DNA from: an uncultured Verrucomicrobiota bacterium
GTDB lineage: Bacteria; Verrucomicrobiota; Kiritimatiellia; CAIQIC01; Lenti-01
Length of the DNA: 64,000 nucleotides
Direction: 5' to 3'
NCBI GenBank assembly: GCA_937860055.1
Contig: CALMBO010000014.1
Span: 25,132 to 89,131 of the forward strand
Shown one piece after another: positions 45,716-55,666 of this stretch. A program made the translations under genes and the position numbers. Each line of letters begins with the position of its first letter. The first letter of the stretch is position 1. The notes beneath the pieces are model-generated. The model was not told where the DNA came from, searched no databases, and saw only the letters and a program-made list of their open reading frames with translations.

Positions 45716-48621
45716 GTTCCATCTCCTGTCGGGGTTTTGGGATGGCCGCTCCGGGCCATGGGGAGCCAAAGCGTGAAGGTGGTTCCGGCACGGGGTTTGC
45801 TTTCAAAGCCGATTTCGCCTTCGTGGGCCTTGAGGATGGCGTAGCAGACGGGCAGTCCGAGCCCGGATCCGTCCTCCTTGGTGGTGAAGAACGGATCAAA
45901 GATCGATTTCTGGGCCTCTTCCGAGATGCCGATGCCGGTATCCCGGAAGTCCAATCTCAACCGTCCATTCACCAGGGCGGTGGAGACGGAAAGGGTGCCG
46001 CCGTCCGGCATGGCCTCTCTCGCGTTATTGATCAGGTTCATGAACACTTCCTGCATCTGCGGTTCATCGATGGAGACGGGGGGGAGGTGTTCCGCATAGG
46101 CCCGCTGGATCTCGACATGGCTCCACTTCAGCTGCGGTTCCATCATGCCCACGACCATCTCGAGGCTGGCATTGATGTCGACTTCCCGTGTCTGGCCTTT
46201 GCTGGGCGCGGAGAAGCGCAGCAGCCGCTTCAGGATCGCCTTGGCCCGCTGGCATTCGTCGCCGATGATGCGGAGCTTGTCGCCGGCTTCCCTCGCCCCG
46301 ATCTCCGGCATCAAGGCCAGCTGGGCGTTGCAGGAGATGATCATCAGCGGATTGCTGATTTCGTGGGCCACCTCCGAGATGAGTTTGCCCAGGGAGGCCA
46401 GCTTCTCGGAGCGCATGAGGGCGGTCTGGGCGCGTTTCAGTTCCGCGATATGCTGTTCCAGCTCCTGCCGGATCTGGTTGTTCTCGGCCAGCAGATGGGC
46501 GAGGGCCTCGCGGGATTCCAGCGTTTCCCGCAGGCGGGCCTTCAGGTTTTCCGACTGTTCGGCCAGCTGGCGGCCGGTTTCCTTGCGCATGCGGATGTTC
46601 ACCAGCAGTTCGGCGAAGACCTTCAGCAGGTTCTGGTCCTGTTCGGAATAGCCGCGGCGCTGGCGGACGGAATCGAAACCGACAAAGCCGATGCAGCGAT
46701 TCGCCTCCATGAGCGGGACGGCGACGAGGCTTTGGATCGACTGCCGTTCGAGCTCCTCCCGCTGCGGGCCGGGGGGCAGGGCCTGGACATCCGGCACATG
46801 GACGGGCCGGCCGGCTCGATGGGCCTCCAGCCAGTCCGGCATGAGCGACAGGGGGATTTCCTGCAGGCGGTCGATATGGGGTTCGATGCCGGGGGCGCAC
46901 CATTCGTGGATGTTGGTGCAGATCTGCCGCGGAAAATCGTAGACGAACACGTAGGCCCGGTCCGCTTCGCTGAATTCCGCCAGGTTCCGGAGGGAATCCG
47001 AGACGGCCTCGTCGACGGTTTCGAGGGGACGGTTGACGAAGGACGAGGAAATCTGGATGAGCAGCTGCTGGGCGCGGGACTGCCGGCCCAGCTCCTGGCG
47101 GGCGTGTTTTTCGTCCTCGAGGATGCCCAGGAGCGCCTGCCGGGCCCGGTTGCTCTCCTCCAGCAGGGCATGCACCCGGTCCTCGGCACGCTTCCGCCCG
47201 GTGATGTCGGTGGAAATGGTGGCGAACCGGCCGCCTCCCAGGGCGACGGCCGAGATGAAGAAATACCTGCCCATGGGGGCGTAGAAGGTCTCGAAATGGC
47301 AGGGGGTTCCGGAAACCGCCGTCTGGGCATATACATCAAGATAGGGTGCGCTGGCGGTGCCATACACCTCGGTGGCGCATTTGCCGAGGAGATCTTCCTT
47401 TTTTTTTCCAATCAGGCGGGCAAACGCGGCGTTGCATTCGATCAGCCGGTAGTCGACCGCCTTCCTTTTCCCGTCGAAGACCAGTTCGTGGATCACGGCG
47501 ATCTCGCCCATGGAATCGAAGAGGGCGCCCAGCTTCGCCTCGCTCGCTCGCCGGGCGTCTTCGGCCTGTTTGCGCTTGGTGATGTCGGTGCTGGTTCCCC
47601 GGTACCCGCAGAGGGAGCCGTCGCGGTTCTGCTGGGGGATGGCGTTGGTGGAGAGCCAGACCATGCGGCCATCCCGGGTCTGCGCCTGGCTTTCGAAATC
47701 CACGAACGGCTCCTGACTTCCGAACGCACGGAGGATGTCCTGCCGGAACGCCTCGCGTTCCGCCGCGGGGTGCAGATCATGGAGGTGCATCTGTCCCACG
47801 AGTTCATCGGGGCGGTAGCCGAGGACGGTTTCGGAGACGGGGCTGGCAAGGGTGAAGAGGCCCTGGGCATCCACTTCCCAGACGAAGGTCCGGCTTTGGG
47901 CGGCGAGCTGGGCGAAGCGCCCCTCGCTTTCCTCCAGTTCCGCCTGCCGCATGCGGATGTCGCGGCGGTTCTGGAGGAGGAAGAAGGCGAGCAGGCCCAG
48001 CAGGACGGCAATGGCCGCCAGGGCCGACGGGAGGGAGGCGAGGAAGGCGACCGTTTGTTTCCAGTCCCGGGCGTCGATATCCATGCCCAGGAGGACGGGG
48101 TGGCCTCCCTCCTCCGGCCTGAACAGGGGCACCAGGGCGCTGATCCATGTGCCCCAGCGGTCCTGCTGCGGCCCCTCCACGATTTCCTGTCCTGTTTCAA
48201 GCGCGGCGAGCAGCAGATCCGTTGCTTCGCCATACACCTGGCCGGGAGGGGAATAGTCTTCGGAGGATTCCGGCTCGCTGTCCACGAGAAACACCGCGGA
48301 GCCGTCGGGTTTCCGGGTTATGAGATAGACGAAACGGCATTGGGGATTGGCCGACCGGATGGCGATGAGGCGGTCCTTGAGCCTCCGGTAGGCGGGACGG
48401 TCGAGGTCGGTTCCGGAGGCGGAAAGCATGGAGGCTTCTTCTCTGCCGAGCGCCTGCGCGACCATGCGCACCTGCCGGAGAAAATCGGCGCGGTGCTGGC
48501 GGTCGGCGTAGCGGCCGGCGTAGACCGTGGCGGCGGCGATCAGCGCCAGGGAAGCCAGAACAGGCAGGAGGCGGAGGGCGGCGGACGCCTGGCGGATTCC
48601 GCTGGCGGGGGGGAGAGTCAT
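45712..48621 (-). CDS. sensor histidine kinase with N-terminal periplasmic sensor, TM, multiple PAS and GAF domains, HisKA and HATPase_c
   Basis: H-box EVAHEISNPL. N/G boxes NLINNAREAM and GSGLGL. PAS repeats. 969 aa. Translationally coupled to the upstream PAS protein and the downstream REC. Confidence 0.8.
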   Translation of the reverse strand: MTLPPASGIRQASAALRLLPVLASLALIAAATVYAGRYADRQHRADFLRQVRMVAQALGREEASMLSASGTDLDRPAYRRLKDRLIAIRSANPQCRFVYLITRKPDGSAVFLVDSEPESSEDYSPPGQVYGEATDLLLAALETGQEIVEGPQQDRWGTWISALVPLFRPEEGGHPVLLGMDIDARDWKQTVAFLASLPSALAAIAVLLGLLAFFLLQNRRDIRMRQAELEESEGRFAQLAAQSRTFVWEVDAQGLFTLASPVSETVLGYRPDELVGQMHLHDLHPAAEREAFRQDILRAFGSQEPFVDFESQAQTRDGRMVWLSTNAIPQQNRDGSLCGYRGTSTDITKRKQAEDARRASEAKLGALFDSMGEIAVIHELVFDGKRKAVDYRLIECNAAFARLIGKKKEDLLGKCATEVYGTASAPYLDVYAQTAVSGTPCHFETFYAPMGRYFFISAVALGGGRFATISTDITGRKRAEDRVHALLEESNRARQALLGILEDEKHARQELGRQSRAQQLLIQISSSFVNRPLETVDEAVSDSLRNLAEFSEADRAYVFVYDFPRQICTNIHEWCAPGIEPHIDRLQEIPLSLMPDWLEAHRAGRPVHVPDVQALPPGPQREELERQSIQSLVAVPLMEANRCIGFVGFDSVRQRRGYSEQDQNLLKVFAELLVNIRMRKETGRQLAEQSENLKARLRETLESREALAHLLAENNQIRQELEQHIAELKRAQTALMRSEKLASLGKLISEVAHEISNPLMIISCNAQLALMPEIGAREAGDKLRIIGDECQRAKAILKRLLRFSAPSKGQTREVDINASLEMVVGMMEPQLKWSHVEIQRAYAEHLPPVSIDEPQMQEVFMNLINNAREAMPDGGTLSVSTALVNGRLRLDFRDTGIGISEEAQKSIFDPFFTTKEDGSGLGLPVCYAILKAHEGEIGFESKPRAGTTFTLWLPMARSGHPKTPTGDGT

Positions 48622-50849
48622 CAGGCCTTCTCCCGGTCGCCGGTGTTTTCCACCGCGACATAGGGCGGGGGTTGGCCGAGGCGGATTGCCAGGGCATTGA
48701 CCTCGCGCTTCAATTCCGCGATCCGGTCTTCGCGGCCAAGGGTCACGGAGTGCCAGCGGCGGAGCTCATCCATCTGCCGGGCCATTTCCTCCTCGGTCTG
48801 CCTGCGTTCGGTGACGTCGCGGACGCTGACGATGACCCCTTTCACGGCGGGTTCCGCGAGGAAGCTCTGCCCGACGATTTCCACGGGCACCCATCCCCGG
48901 GTCTTGTGGATGTGGCGGCATTGGACGCGATGGGTCTTTTCCGGATGGGCGATGGTTTCGCGGAAGGCGAGGAGGGTCCGTTCCATGTCCTCGGGGTGGA
49001 TGATTTCGCCGATGGATTTGCCGGTCAGTTCCGCGGATGAGAACCCGCTGACGGATTCCTCGGCGGGGCTGACGTATTTGACGATCCCGTCGACGTCGAT
49101 GACGGCGATGATGTCGGAGGAATTCTTGACCAGCAGGCGGAAGCGCTCCTCGCTTTCGCGCCGGGATTCCTCGGCGCGCTTCTGCTCGGAGATGTCGAGC
49201 AGGACGCCGTTCCAGAGGATGCGGCCATCCGGGAGGCGCCGGGGGTTGGCGGAGCCGCGCAGCCATTTGGTCTTGCCGTCCGGCGTGGCGATGCGGAATT
49301 CGAGGCTCCAGCGCTCCATCTGGTTGGCGGCGGCATCGATGGAGTGCTCGAACAGGGCGCGGTCGCCGAAATGCATGTGGTTGAAAAGGAGTCCGGCGAA
49401 GTCCAGGTTGGCGACGGGGCGTTCGAAGAGGGCTTCGCAGCCGGAGCTCATGTAGGGGACTTCGAGCGAGCCGGTGCGGCCGGTCCGGAGCTGGTAGATG
49501 ACGCCGGGGATGTTGGAGGCGACGTCGCGGAACTGCTCGGTGCTGGCGCGCAGCTTTTCCTCGGCCTGCTTGCGTTCGGTGATGTCGCCGAGGCTGGAGA
49601 GGATGCAGGTTTCGGAGCCGAGCTGGATCAGCTGGGCGGAGAAGAGACCGGTGAGGATCCGGCCGTTCCTGGCCCGGAACCTCAATTCCATGCCGGCCAC
49701 GGGCCGCCCTTCGTTGAGGGTTCCGACCACCTGCTGCCGGTCCTCCTCGCGGAGCCACAGGCCGAGGCCGAGGGTCGTGTTGGCGAGGGCCTCCTGCCGG
49801 GAGAACCCCGTGATGGAGGTGAATGCGTCGTTGACATCGATGAAGCGGCCGTCCGCCGCCCGGGTGATGAGGATGGCGTAGGGGGAGGTTTGGAAGGCCT
49901 TTTCGAATTTCTCCTCGCTGCGGCGCAGCGCCTCTTCGGCCTGCCGGCGGTCGGAGATGTCGATGGTGTAGCCGGCCAGGAGGGTTGTTCCCTGCCGGAC
50001 GATCGGGAACTTGATCGTGACGTAGTAGTGGCCATCCAGTTCCTCGTCCTGCTTCAGCACCTCGCCCTTGGACACGACGGCCCAGTCGTCGGCGGAGATC
50101 TTGGCGGCGAATTCGGGGGGGAACAGCTCCTCCATGGTCTTGCCCCGCATTTCCGATCCGGGGATGCCGACCATGTCCTTGAAATTGTCGCTGGCCATCA
50201 GGACCCGGCTTTCCGTGGCCGAGACTTCCTTGATGAAGGTATAGATGGGGGAATGGTGCATGAACAGGGAGAACAGGGCATGGCTTTCCTTCAAGGCCTG
50301 TTCAATCTGCTTGCGCCGGGTGACATCGCGGACATAGCCGCCCACGCCCGTGCGTCCGCCGGGGAGGGGGACGGGGAACTTGAGGGTCTGGTAGATTTTT
50401 CCGCCGACGGCCTCTTCGGTGGAGAGGCCTGTTCCCTGGCGAAGGACTTCCTGGTCGCTGTCCCGGCAACGCGCAGCATTTTCCTGCGGCATGAGGTCGA
50501 AATCCGTGCGGCCGATCACGTCCGCCTCGGGCCGGCCCAGGAAGGCGTTGTTGGCGCGGTTGCTGATGAGGTAGCGGAAGGATTCGTCCTTCAGGAACAC
50601 CAGGTCGGTGGAGGCGTCGATGAAGGTCCTGTAGCGCATCTCGCTTGCGCGGAGGTCGGTGTTGGTCTGGACCAATTCCTCGGAGCTCAGTTCCAGGGAG
50701 CGTTCCAGGAGGTTGCGGTCCTTGTCGAATTCGCGATAGGCGTTGTCGACGGCCTGCAGGAAAGGCATCCAGTCGGCCGGCAGGTCCTCGGGGCCTTTCC
50801 GGAAGCGCTTCAACTGCCGGACAAGCATGCTATGCAGGGATTCCGGCAT
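48621..50849 (-). CDS. multi-PAS-domain protein without recognisable output domain
   Basis: At least four PAS/PAC-like repeats separated by RKQAEE-type linkers. No kinase or GGDEF/EAL motifs. Shares one nucleotide with the start of the downstream kinase. Confidence 0.7.
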   Translation of the reverse strand: MPESLHSMLVRQLKRFRKGPEDLPADWMPFLQAVDNAYREFDKDRNLLERSLELSSEELVQTNTDLRASEMRYRTFIDASTDLVFLKDESFRYLISNRANNAFLGRPEADVIGRTDFDLMPQENAARCRDSDQEVLRQGTGLSTEEAVGGKIYQTLKFPVPLPGGRTGVGGYVRDVTRRKQIEQALKESHALFSLFMHHSPIYTFIKEVSATESRVLMASDNFKDMVGIPGSEMRGKTMEELFPPEFAAKISADDWAVVSKGEVLKQDEELDGHYYVTIKFPIVRQGTTLLAGYTIDISDRRQAEEALRRSEEKFEKAFQTSPYAILITRAADGRFIDVNDAFTSITGFSRQEALANTTLGLGLWLREEDRQQVVGTLNEGRPVAGMELRFRARNGRILTGLFSAQLIQLGSETCILSSLGDITERKQAEEKLRASTEQFRDVASNIPGVIYQLRTGRTGSLEVPYMSSGCEALFERPVANLDFAGLLFNHMHFGDRALFEHSIDAAANQMERWSLEFRIATPDGKTKWLRGSANPRRLPDGRILWNGVLLDISEQKRAEESRRESEERFRLLVKNSSDIIAVIDVDGIVKYVSPAEESVSGFSSAELTGKSIGEIIHPEDMERTLLAFRETIAHPEKTHRVQCRHIHKTRGWVPVEIVGQSFLAEPAVKGVIVSVRDVTERRQTEEEMARQMDELRRWHSVTLGREDRIAELKREVNALAIRLGQPPPYVAVENTGDREKA

Positions 50850-50852
50850 GGA

Positions 50853-51995
50853 TCAGGTTTCCCGGAAGGTGGTGATGGTCATGGTCTGGTTGTGCAGTTC
50901 GCACTGGTTCGTCGGAGCGAAGGGGCCGATCTCGCCGTAGGAATAGAAGCCGGCCAGGAGGGTGGCGGGTCCCAGCGCTTCCGCCACGCCTTCGATTTCC
51001 TCTTCGACCCGCTGGCCCAGCACCATTTTGCGGCCGATGCAGCTGATCAGCACGGCCAGGTCGGGCGCGGGGGCGCCCTCGCCGGTCCGGCAACTTTGGG
51101 CGGCGCCCACCGCCCCGTCGATCAGCCGGTCGAAGTTGGCCTTCATGAAGCGGGCATAGGCGCCTTCCGGGACGTCGCCGGCAAACGTCATGCTCTGCTC
51201 CTCCTCGCTGACGGCCAGGATGGTGCGGGTCAAGCCGGGCTTGCCTTCCTTCGACCGCAGTTCCAAGGGGAAGAGCAGACCCGTCGCGGGCAGGCCGGCC
51301 GCGTATTCCCCCAGGTATTTCTTGTACAGGGACAGGGCGGATTTCCCGTCCAGTTCATAGAGCACGTTCCCCTTGGAGCGGGTGATCAGGCGTTCGCTGC
51401 CGAACGGATCCCAGCCGCCCATGGAGCCGTGGCCGATCCGGATCCGGTTCCCGTAGAAGCCGACGGCGGCGATCATGCCGGATTCCATCTGCCGATCCCA
51501 CAGCACCAGCGTTTTTCCAAAGGCCGCGCCGTCGCCCGCCATGCCGCCGGTGAGGGAGACATGGGGCGGGAGGGCGCCGGTCAGGCCCTTGACCAGGGCG
51601 CTGCCGTTGACCGCCAGTCCGTCGGAAAGCACGAAGACATGGGCCAGATCCTTGGCTTCGAGATCCTTCGCCAGTTGTTGTCCGGCCTGGAAGCTGTCTG
51701 GAACGTCGCGCATCCGGACGGCCGCGCCCGCCACGGTGGAGTGTTCCAGGTGGATGGCGGTGGCCACCAGCGTATCGTCCCTGACCGTTTTCCCGCGGAT
51801 TTCCCCGGCCGTGGAGCAGCCCAGGAAACGGGCATGGGGGTAGGCCCGTCTCAATTCCTCCAGGGGGGTTCCCTGTTCCAAGAGGGCCCGGTTCCCGAAC
51901 AGGAGGACCAGCTGGGCGGATCCGGCCAGCCGTCCAGGGGGAGGCGCATCCCAGGTTCGGGTACTTCCGGTCCACGTGATCTGTTCGCTTTTCAT
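50853..51995 (-). CDS. FIST-domain sensor protein
   Basis: FIST N and C domain architecture (380 aa). First gene of the FIST / PAS / kinase / REC string. Confidence 0.7.
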   Translation of the reverse strand: MKSEQITWTGSTRTWDAPPPGRLAGSAQLVLLFGNRALLEQGTPLEELRRAYPHARFLGCSTAGEIRGKTVRDDTLVATAIHLEHSTVAGAAVRMRDVPDSFQAGQQLAKDLEAKDLAHVFVLSDGLAVNGSALVKGLTGALPPHVSLTGGMAGDGAAFGKTLVLWDRQMESGMIAAVGFYGNRIRIGHGSMGGWDPFGSERLITRSKGNVLYELDGKSALSLYKKYLGEYAAGLPATGLLFPLELRSKEGKPGLTRTILAVSEEEQSMTFAGDVPEGAYARFMKANFDRLIDGAVGAAQSCRTGEGAPAPDLAVLISCIGRKMVLGQRVEEEIEGVAEALGPATLLAGFYSYGEIGPFAPTNQCELHNQTMTITTFRET

Positions 51996-52123
51996 GTCCT
52001 TGTCCTATGGCACGGCGCAGACGTTTATTCAGATCCGATTGGGCCCCCATTGGGCCCCAAGGTCAATGGAAAAAATCCTTTTCAATCAAATAACAGGGGC
52101 GGCGGGCCGCAGGGGGGGCGGAA

Positions 52124-54475
52124 CTAGTTGGCGGAGCCGAGCAGGTGGTAGAGGAGATTGTTGGCGACGGCCTGGGGCAGGAGCAGGATGGAGCGGAAAA
52201 GCGGCGTTCCGTCGGGGCCTTCGGTGAAGTCGGCGGCTTCGGAATCGATGCGGAGGGTTCCCTCGCCCTTGAAGGTGCGGTGGGAGACGCGCACATCCCC
52301 CTTTTCGGGAATGGCGCGGCCGGTGACGAAGTCCATGACCTGGTTGACGGGGGAGAAGGACATCGGGGAGGCCTGGAGGGGGGGCGCGGGTTTTTCGTCG
52401 ATGAGCTGGACGGCGACGAGCTGATCCTCGCAATCGGTGATGAGGCGCAGGGTGGGATAGGGAGGCTGGCCGGGGCCGATGGCGCCGAGGCGTCCGGCAT
52501 GGAAGGTGTGCAGGAAGAAACCGCCATAGGGGAAGGGGGCGCCTTCGATGGGGATGCGGGGTTCCGCGGGTTTGACGCCCAGGGCGCGGCAGGCGTCGGC
52601 GAGGGGCATGAGCCAGGTGAGGGGGCCGTGGATGTACAGGCCGGCTTGTGCGCGGGTGTCGGGGCTGGATTCGGCGATGGCGGAGAGGAGGAAGATGAAT
52701 TCGGAGGTTTCGGGGCGGTCGACGGGGGCGGGGAGGGTGTCCCAGGCATAGCCGAATTGCATGTGGCGCGGGGCGAAGCTGTCGGCGGGATCGAAGGCCG
52801 GCGTGGGATAGGGGGCGAGGGTGGGATGGCGTTTCTTGGGGGCGAGGGCGAAGAGGTTCTTCTTGTCCTTGAGCGTCAGGCGGGCGCGGCGGGCATCGTT
52901 GGCGAGCTGGTAGCATTGGTTGGCGTAGAGGGCGATGGGGACGTTGCGGGGGGCCTGGGGGCGGATGGTTTCGAAGAGGAGCGCGGCGTATTGGGCGTCG
53001 GAAACGATGGCGACAAGGCCGGGATCCTGCGGGTCGGGGGTCTTGAGATGGGACTGGTAGGCGGCCAAGGTCTGGTTGAAAAGGTTGGCGGCCTGGATGA
53101 AGCCCGGATGGTTCCATGCGCCGGGCGTGACGGTGTTGGCGCTGGCGGAGAGCGGTTCGGGCTCGGGCGGGAGCCCGGGTTCGGCGGCGGTGGCGGATGC
53201 CGGAGTGGTTGCGGCGGCGGCCGTGGCCGTGGAGGAAGCCGCGGTGGTTTCTCCCGCCTCGTGGACGGTGCCGCCAATGATGGGTGCGGGGACCTGGCGA
53301 CCCGGCCGGACCGGCTTGCCGGAGAAGGCGGCCTTGATCTGGGCGACGCGCTCGGGATGGCTCCTGAAGGCGAAGAACCACAGGGCGGCAAGCACGCCGG
53401 CCAGGAACAGAAGGAAGAACAGGAAATGCAGGAAACCCCCGCCGCCGGACGAGGCGGCGGCCGAGGCGGAGGGCCGCTTGGTCTTGCCGATGAGGGCTTC
53501 CGAACCGGAGAGGGTGATGGCCTTTTTGGCGGCGGCGGAGAGGTTGAGGGTGTTGGCGCGGGCGCCGGGCCGATGGCGGGGGTTGAGGAGGATCGTGCTC
53601 TCGTCATCGGCGGGATAGGGCGGAAGGGGGGATTTGCCGGACTGGATCTGGTGGATGTCCTTGAGGACGTCCGTCCAGGAGACGGGACGCTTGGCGGGAT
53701 CCTTGGCGGTCATCTTGGCGAGGAGCCAGCCATAGGAGACGGGCAGGTGGGGGAGGATTTCGCAGGGGTCGGGGAGGTAGTCGGTCTGCTGGGCGTCGAG
53801 GATGGCGTCGAGCGAGCGGCCCTCGAAGGGGGGCGTTCCGGTGAGGAGATGGTAGATGGTGAGACCGAGGGAATAGATGTCGGTCCGGCAATCGGGTTCG
53901 CGGCCTTCGATCTGCTCGGGGGCGATGTAGGTGGGAGTGCCTTCGATGCTTTCGGAGGGTTCGCGGGTGGCGGCGGAACCGGCGATGCGGGCGAGGCCCA
54001 GGTCGGTCAGCTTGACGGCGCCGTCGGCGCCGAGAAGGATGTTTCCGGGCTTGATGTCGCAGTGGATCAGCGAGGTTTCGCGCCAGACGGTGTCGAGGGC
54101 GCCGGCGATGATGCCGGCCAGCTTGAGGACCTGCCCATGGGCCATGCGCTGGTTCCGGGCGAGCCAGTCGGCGAGATTGGTGCCGTCGACGTATTCCATG
54201 ACGTAGTAGAGCGTGCCCTCGTGCTCGCCGAAGTCGAGGATGCCGACGATGGCGGGGTGGGAGAGGCGGGCCGCGGCGCGGGCCTCCTTCTGGAACTGGA
54301 CGCGCGCCGCCTCGTCGGCAAGAAGGGTGTGCGAAAGGATCTTGATGGCGACGACGCGGTCGAGGGAGATCTGCCGGGCGAGCCAGACGGTGGAGGTGCC
54401 GCCGGCGCCGAGGGGGCGCAGGATTTCGTAGCCGGGCAAGGCGGGGGGCGCCGATGGACGGATCGCTTTTTCCAT
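52124..54475 (-). CDS. Ser/Thr protein kinase with TM segment and large C-terminal domain of unknown function
   Basis: HCDIKPGNILL, DLGLA and GTPTYIAPE Hanks motifs. TM helix (FLHFLFFLLFLAGVLAALWFFAF). Start at an internal Met; the longer ORF to 54781 has a low-complexity N-terminus. Confidence 0.8.
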   Translation of the reverse strand: MEKAIRPSAPPALPGYEILRPLGAGGTSTVWLARQISLDRVVAIKILSHTLLADEAARVQFQKEARAAARLSHPAIVGILDFGEHEGTLYYVMEYVDGTNLADWLARNQRMAHGQVLKLAGIIAGALDTVWRETSLIHCDIKPGNILLGADGAVKLTDLGLARIAGSAATREPSESIEGTPTYIAPEQIEGREPDCRTDIYSLGLTIYHLLTGTPPFEGRSLDAILDAQQTDYLPDPCEILPHLPVSYGWLLAKMTAKDPAKRPVSWTDVLKDIHQIQSGKSPLPPYPADDESTILLNPRHRPGARANTLNLSAAAKKAITLSGSEALIGKTKRPSASAAASSGGGGFLHFLFFLLFLAGVLAALWFFAFRSHPERVAQIKAAFSGKPVRPGRQVPAPIIGGTVHEAGETTAASSTATAAAATTPASATAAEPGLPPEPEPLSASANTVTPGAWNHPGFIQAANLFNQTLAAYQSHLKTPDPQDPGLVAIVSDAQYAALLFETIRPQAPRNVPIALYANQCYQLANDARRARLTLKDKKNLFALAPKKRHPTLAPYPTPAFDPADSFAPRHMQFGYAWDTLPAPVDRPETSEFIFLLSAIAESSPDTRAQAGLYIHGPLTWLMPLADACRALGVKPAEPRIPIEGAPFPYGGFFLHTFHAGRLGAIGPGQPPYPTLRLITDCEDQLVAVQLIDEKPAPPLQASPMSFSPVNQVMDFVTGRAIPEKGDVRVSHRTFKGEGTLRIDSEAADFTEGPDGTPLFRSILLLPQAVANNLLYHLLGSAN

Positions 54476-54566
54476 AGAAATCCATTTTGGACGAAATGCG
54501 CCGGAAAGGAAACTGCTAAATTGAGCGCTTGCCAAGGGGGGCGGTTTTCGGTGTGGTAGGCGGGCG

Positions 54567-55010
54567 ATGGACCGGATCACACGACAGGTCGAGACGAATT
54601 CGGCGGCGGAGACGCAGGCGCTGGCGGCGGAACTGGCGGCGGAAATGCCGCCGGGGACGGTGCTGTGCCTGCATGGCGACCTGGGCGCGGGGAAGACGTG
54701 CTTCGTGCAGGGGCTTGCGCGGGCGCTGGGGGTCCGGCGCCCGGTGGGGAGCCCGACGTTCACGCTGATCAACGAGTACAAGGGAAAGAAGCCGCTGGCG
54801 CATATCGACCTCTACCGCGTCCGGGGCGCCGGCGATGCGTTCGGGCTGGGGCTGGAGGACTACCTCTTCCATTTCGACGGCGTGGTGGCCATCGAATGGG
54901 CGGAGCGGGTGGCGGAGCTGCTGCCCGAAGAGTGCTGGCATGTGCGGCTGGAAGCGGGGACGGGCGAGGAGTCGCGGAGGGTAACGGTGGACCGCCCGGC
55001 GGCGGGATGA
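54567..55010 (+). CDS. tsaE: tRNA threonylcarbamoyladenosine biosynthesis ATPase TsaE (YjeE)
   Basis: LHGDLGAGKT Walker A and TFTLINEY blocks typical of TsaE. Length 147 aa. Confidence 0.8.
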   Translation: MDRITRQVETNSAAETQALAAELAAEMPPGTVLCLHGDLGAGKTCFVQGLARALGVRRPVGSPTFTLINEYKGKKPLAHIDLYRVRGAGDAFGLGLEDYLFHFDGVVAIEWAERVAELLPEECWHVRLEAGTGEESRRVTVDRPAAG

Positions 55011-55029
55011 GACACGGCAGGGGCCGGGA

Positions 55030-55419
55030 CTAGTCCTGGCCGGCGGCGGAATCCAGCCACTTCAGGGCTTCGGCGACGGAGCGGAAGACGGCGTGCTCGA
55101 CGGGATGGTCCTTGCCTTCGGCCATGGCCTCGTACATGCGTCCGAGCCCGAAGCCGACATCGCCGGGGAGGACGAGGGCGGATCTGCCGCCTTTGCGGAG
55201 ATGGGCGTAGCTTCTCGCGACGACAAGAATGGAGGAGAGCTGCTCCATGCGGGCGGCGGAAAGATCGCAGTCGGAAAAATTCCAGATGGTGTTGAGAGTG
55301 GGGGAGGCGCCGTAGAATTCCTTCAGGGCGCCGATGACTTCTTCGGGCGCGACCTTCCCGGAAAAGACCAGCGTGGTGAGGTCCCGGTCGGAGTCGATGA
55401 TTTTCTTGATTTGAGCCAT
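55030..55419 (-). CDS. hypothetical protein (129 aa)
   Basis: ORF with plausible globular composition. No confident family. Confidence 0.45.
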   Translation of the reverse strand: MAQIKKIIDSDRDLTTLVFSGKVAPEEVIGALKEFYGASPTLNTIWNFSDCDLSAARMEQLSSILVVARSYAHLRKGGRSALVLPGDVGFGLGRMYEAMAEGKDHPVEHAVFRSVAEALKWLDSAAGQD

Positions 55420-55666
55420 GGTCCCAATGCGAGGTTGAAATCAGGGAACCCAACGCTACGCCGGAGGAAAGCGGGAAGTCAAGGCCGCGGTGGCGGTTTT
55501 TCCGCGGGAGGGAGGCTTTAGGGCATTTTCGCTTTTATTGCCGCCGCAGGATCCCGATGCAGGCCGGGTGCCCTCACCCGGCGAAATCCCGCCCGGTCAG
55601 GGGACCGGGCCTACAACCCGGAATTCAATCGATATGCTGAACGGCTGCAGAACATCCGAATCCGAT

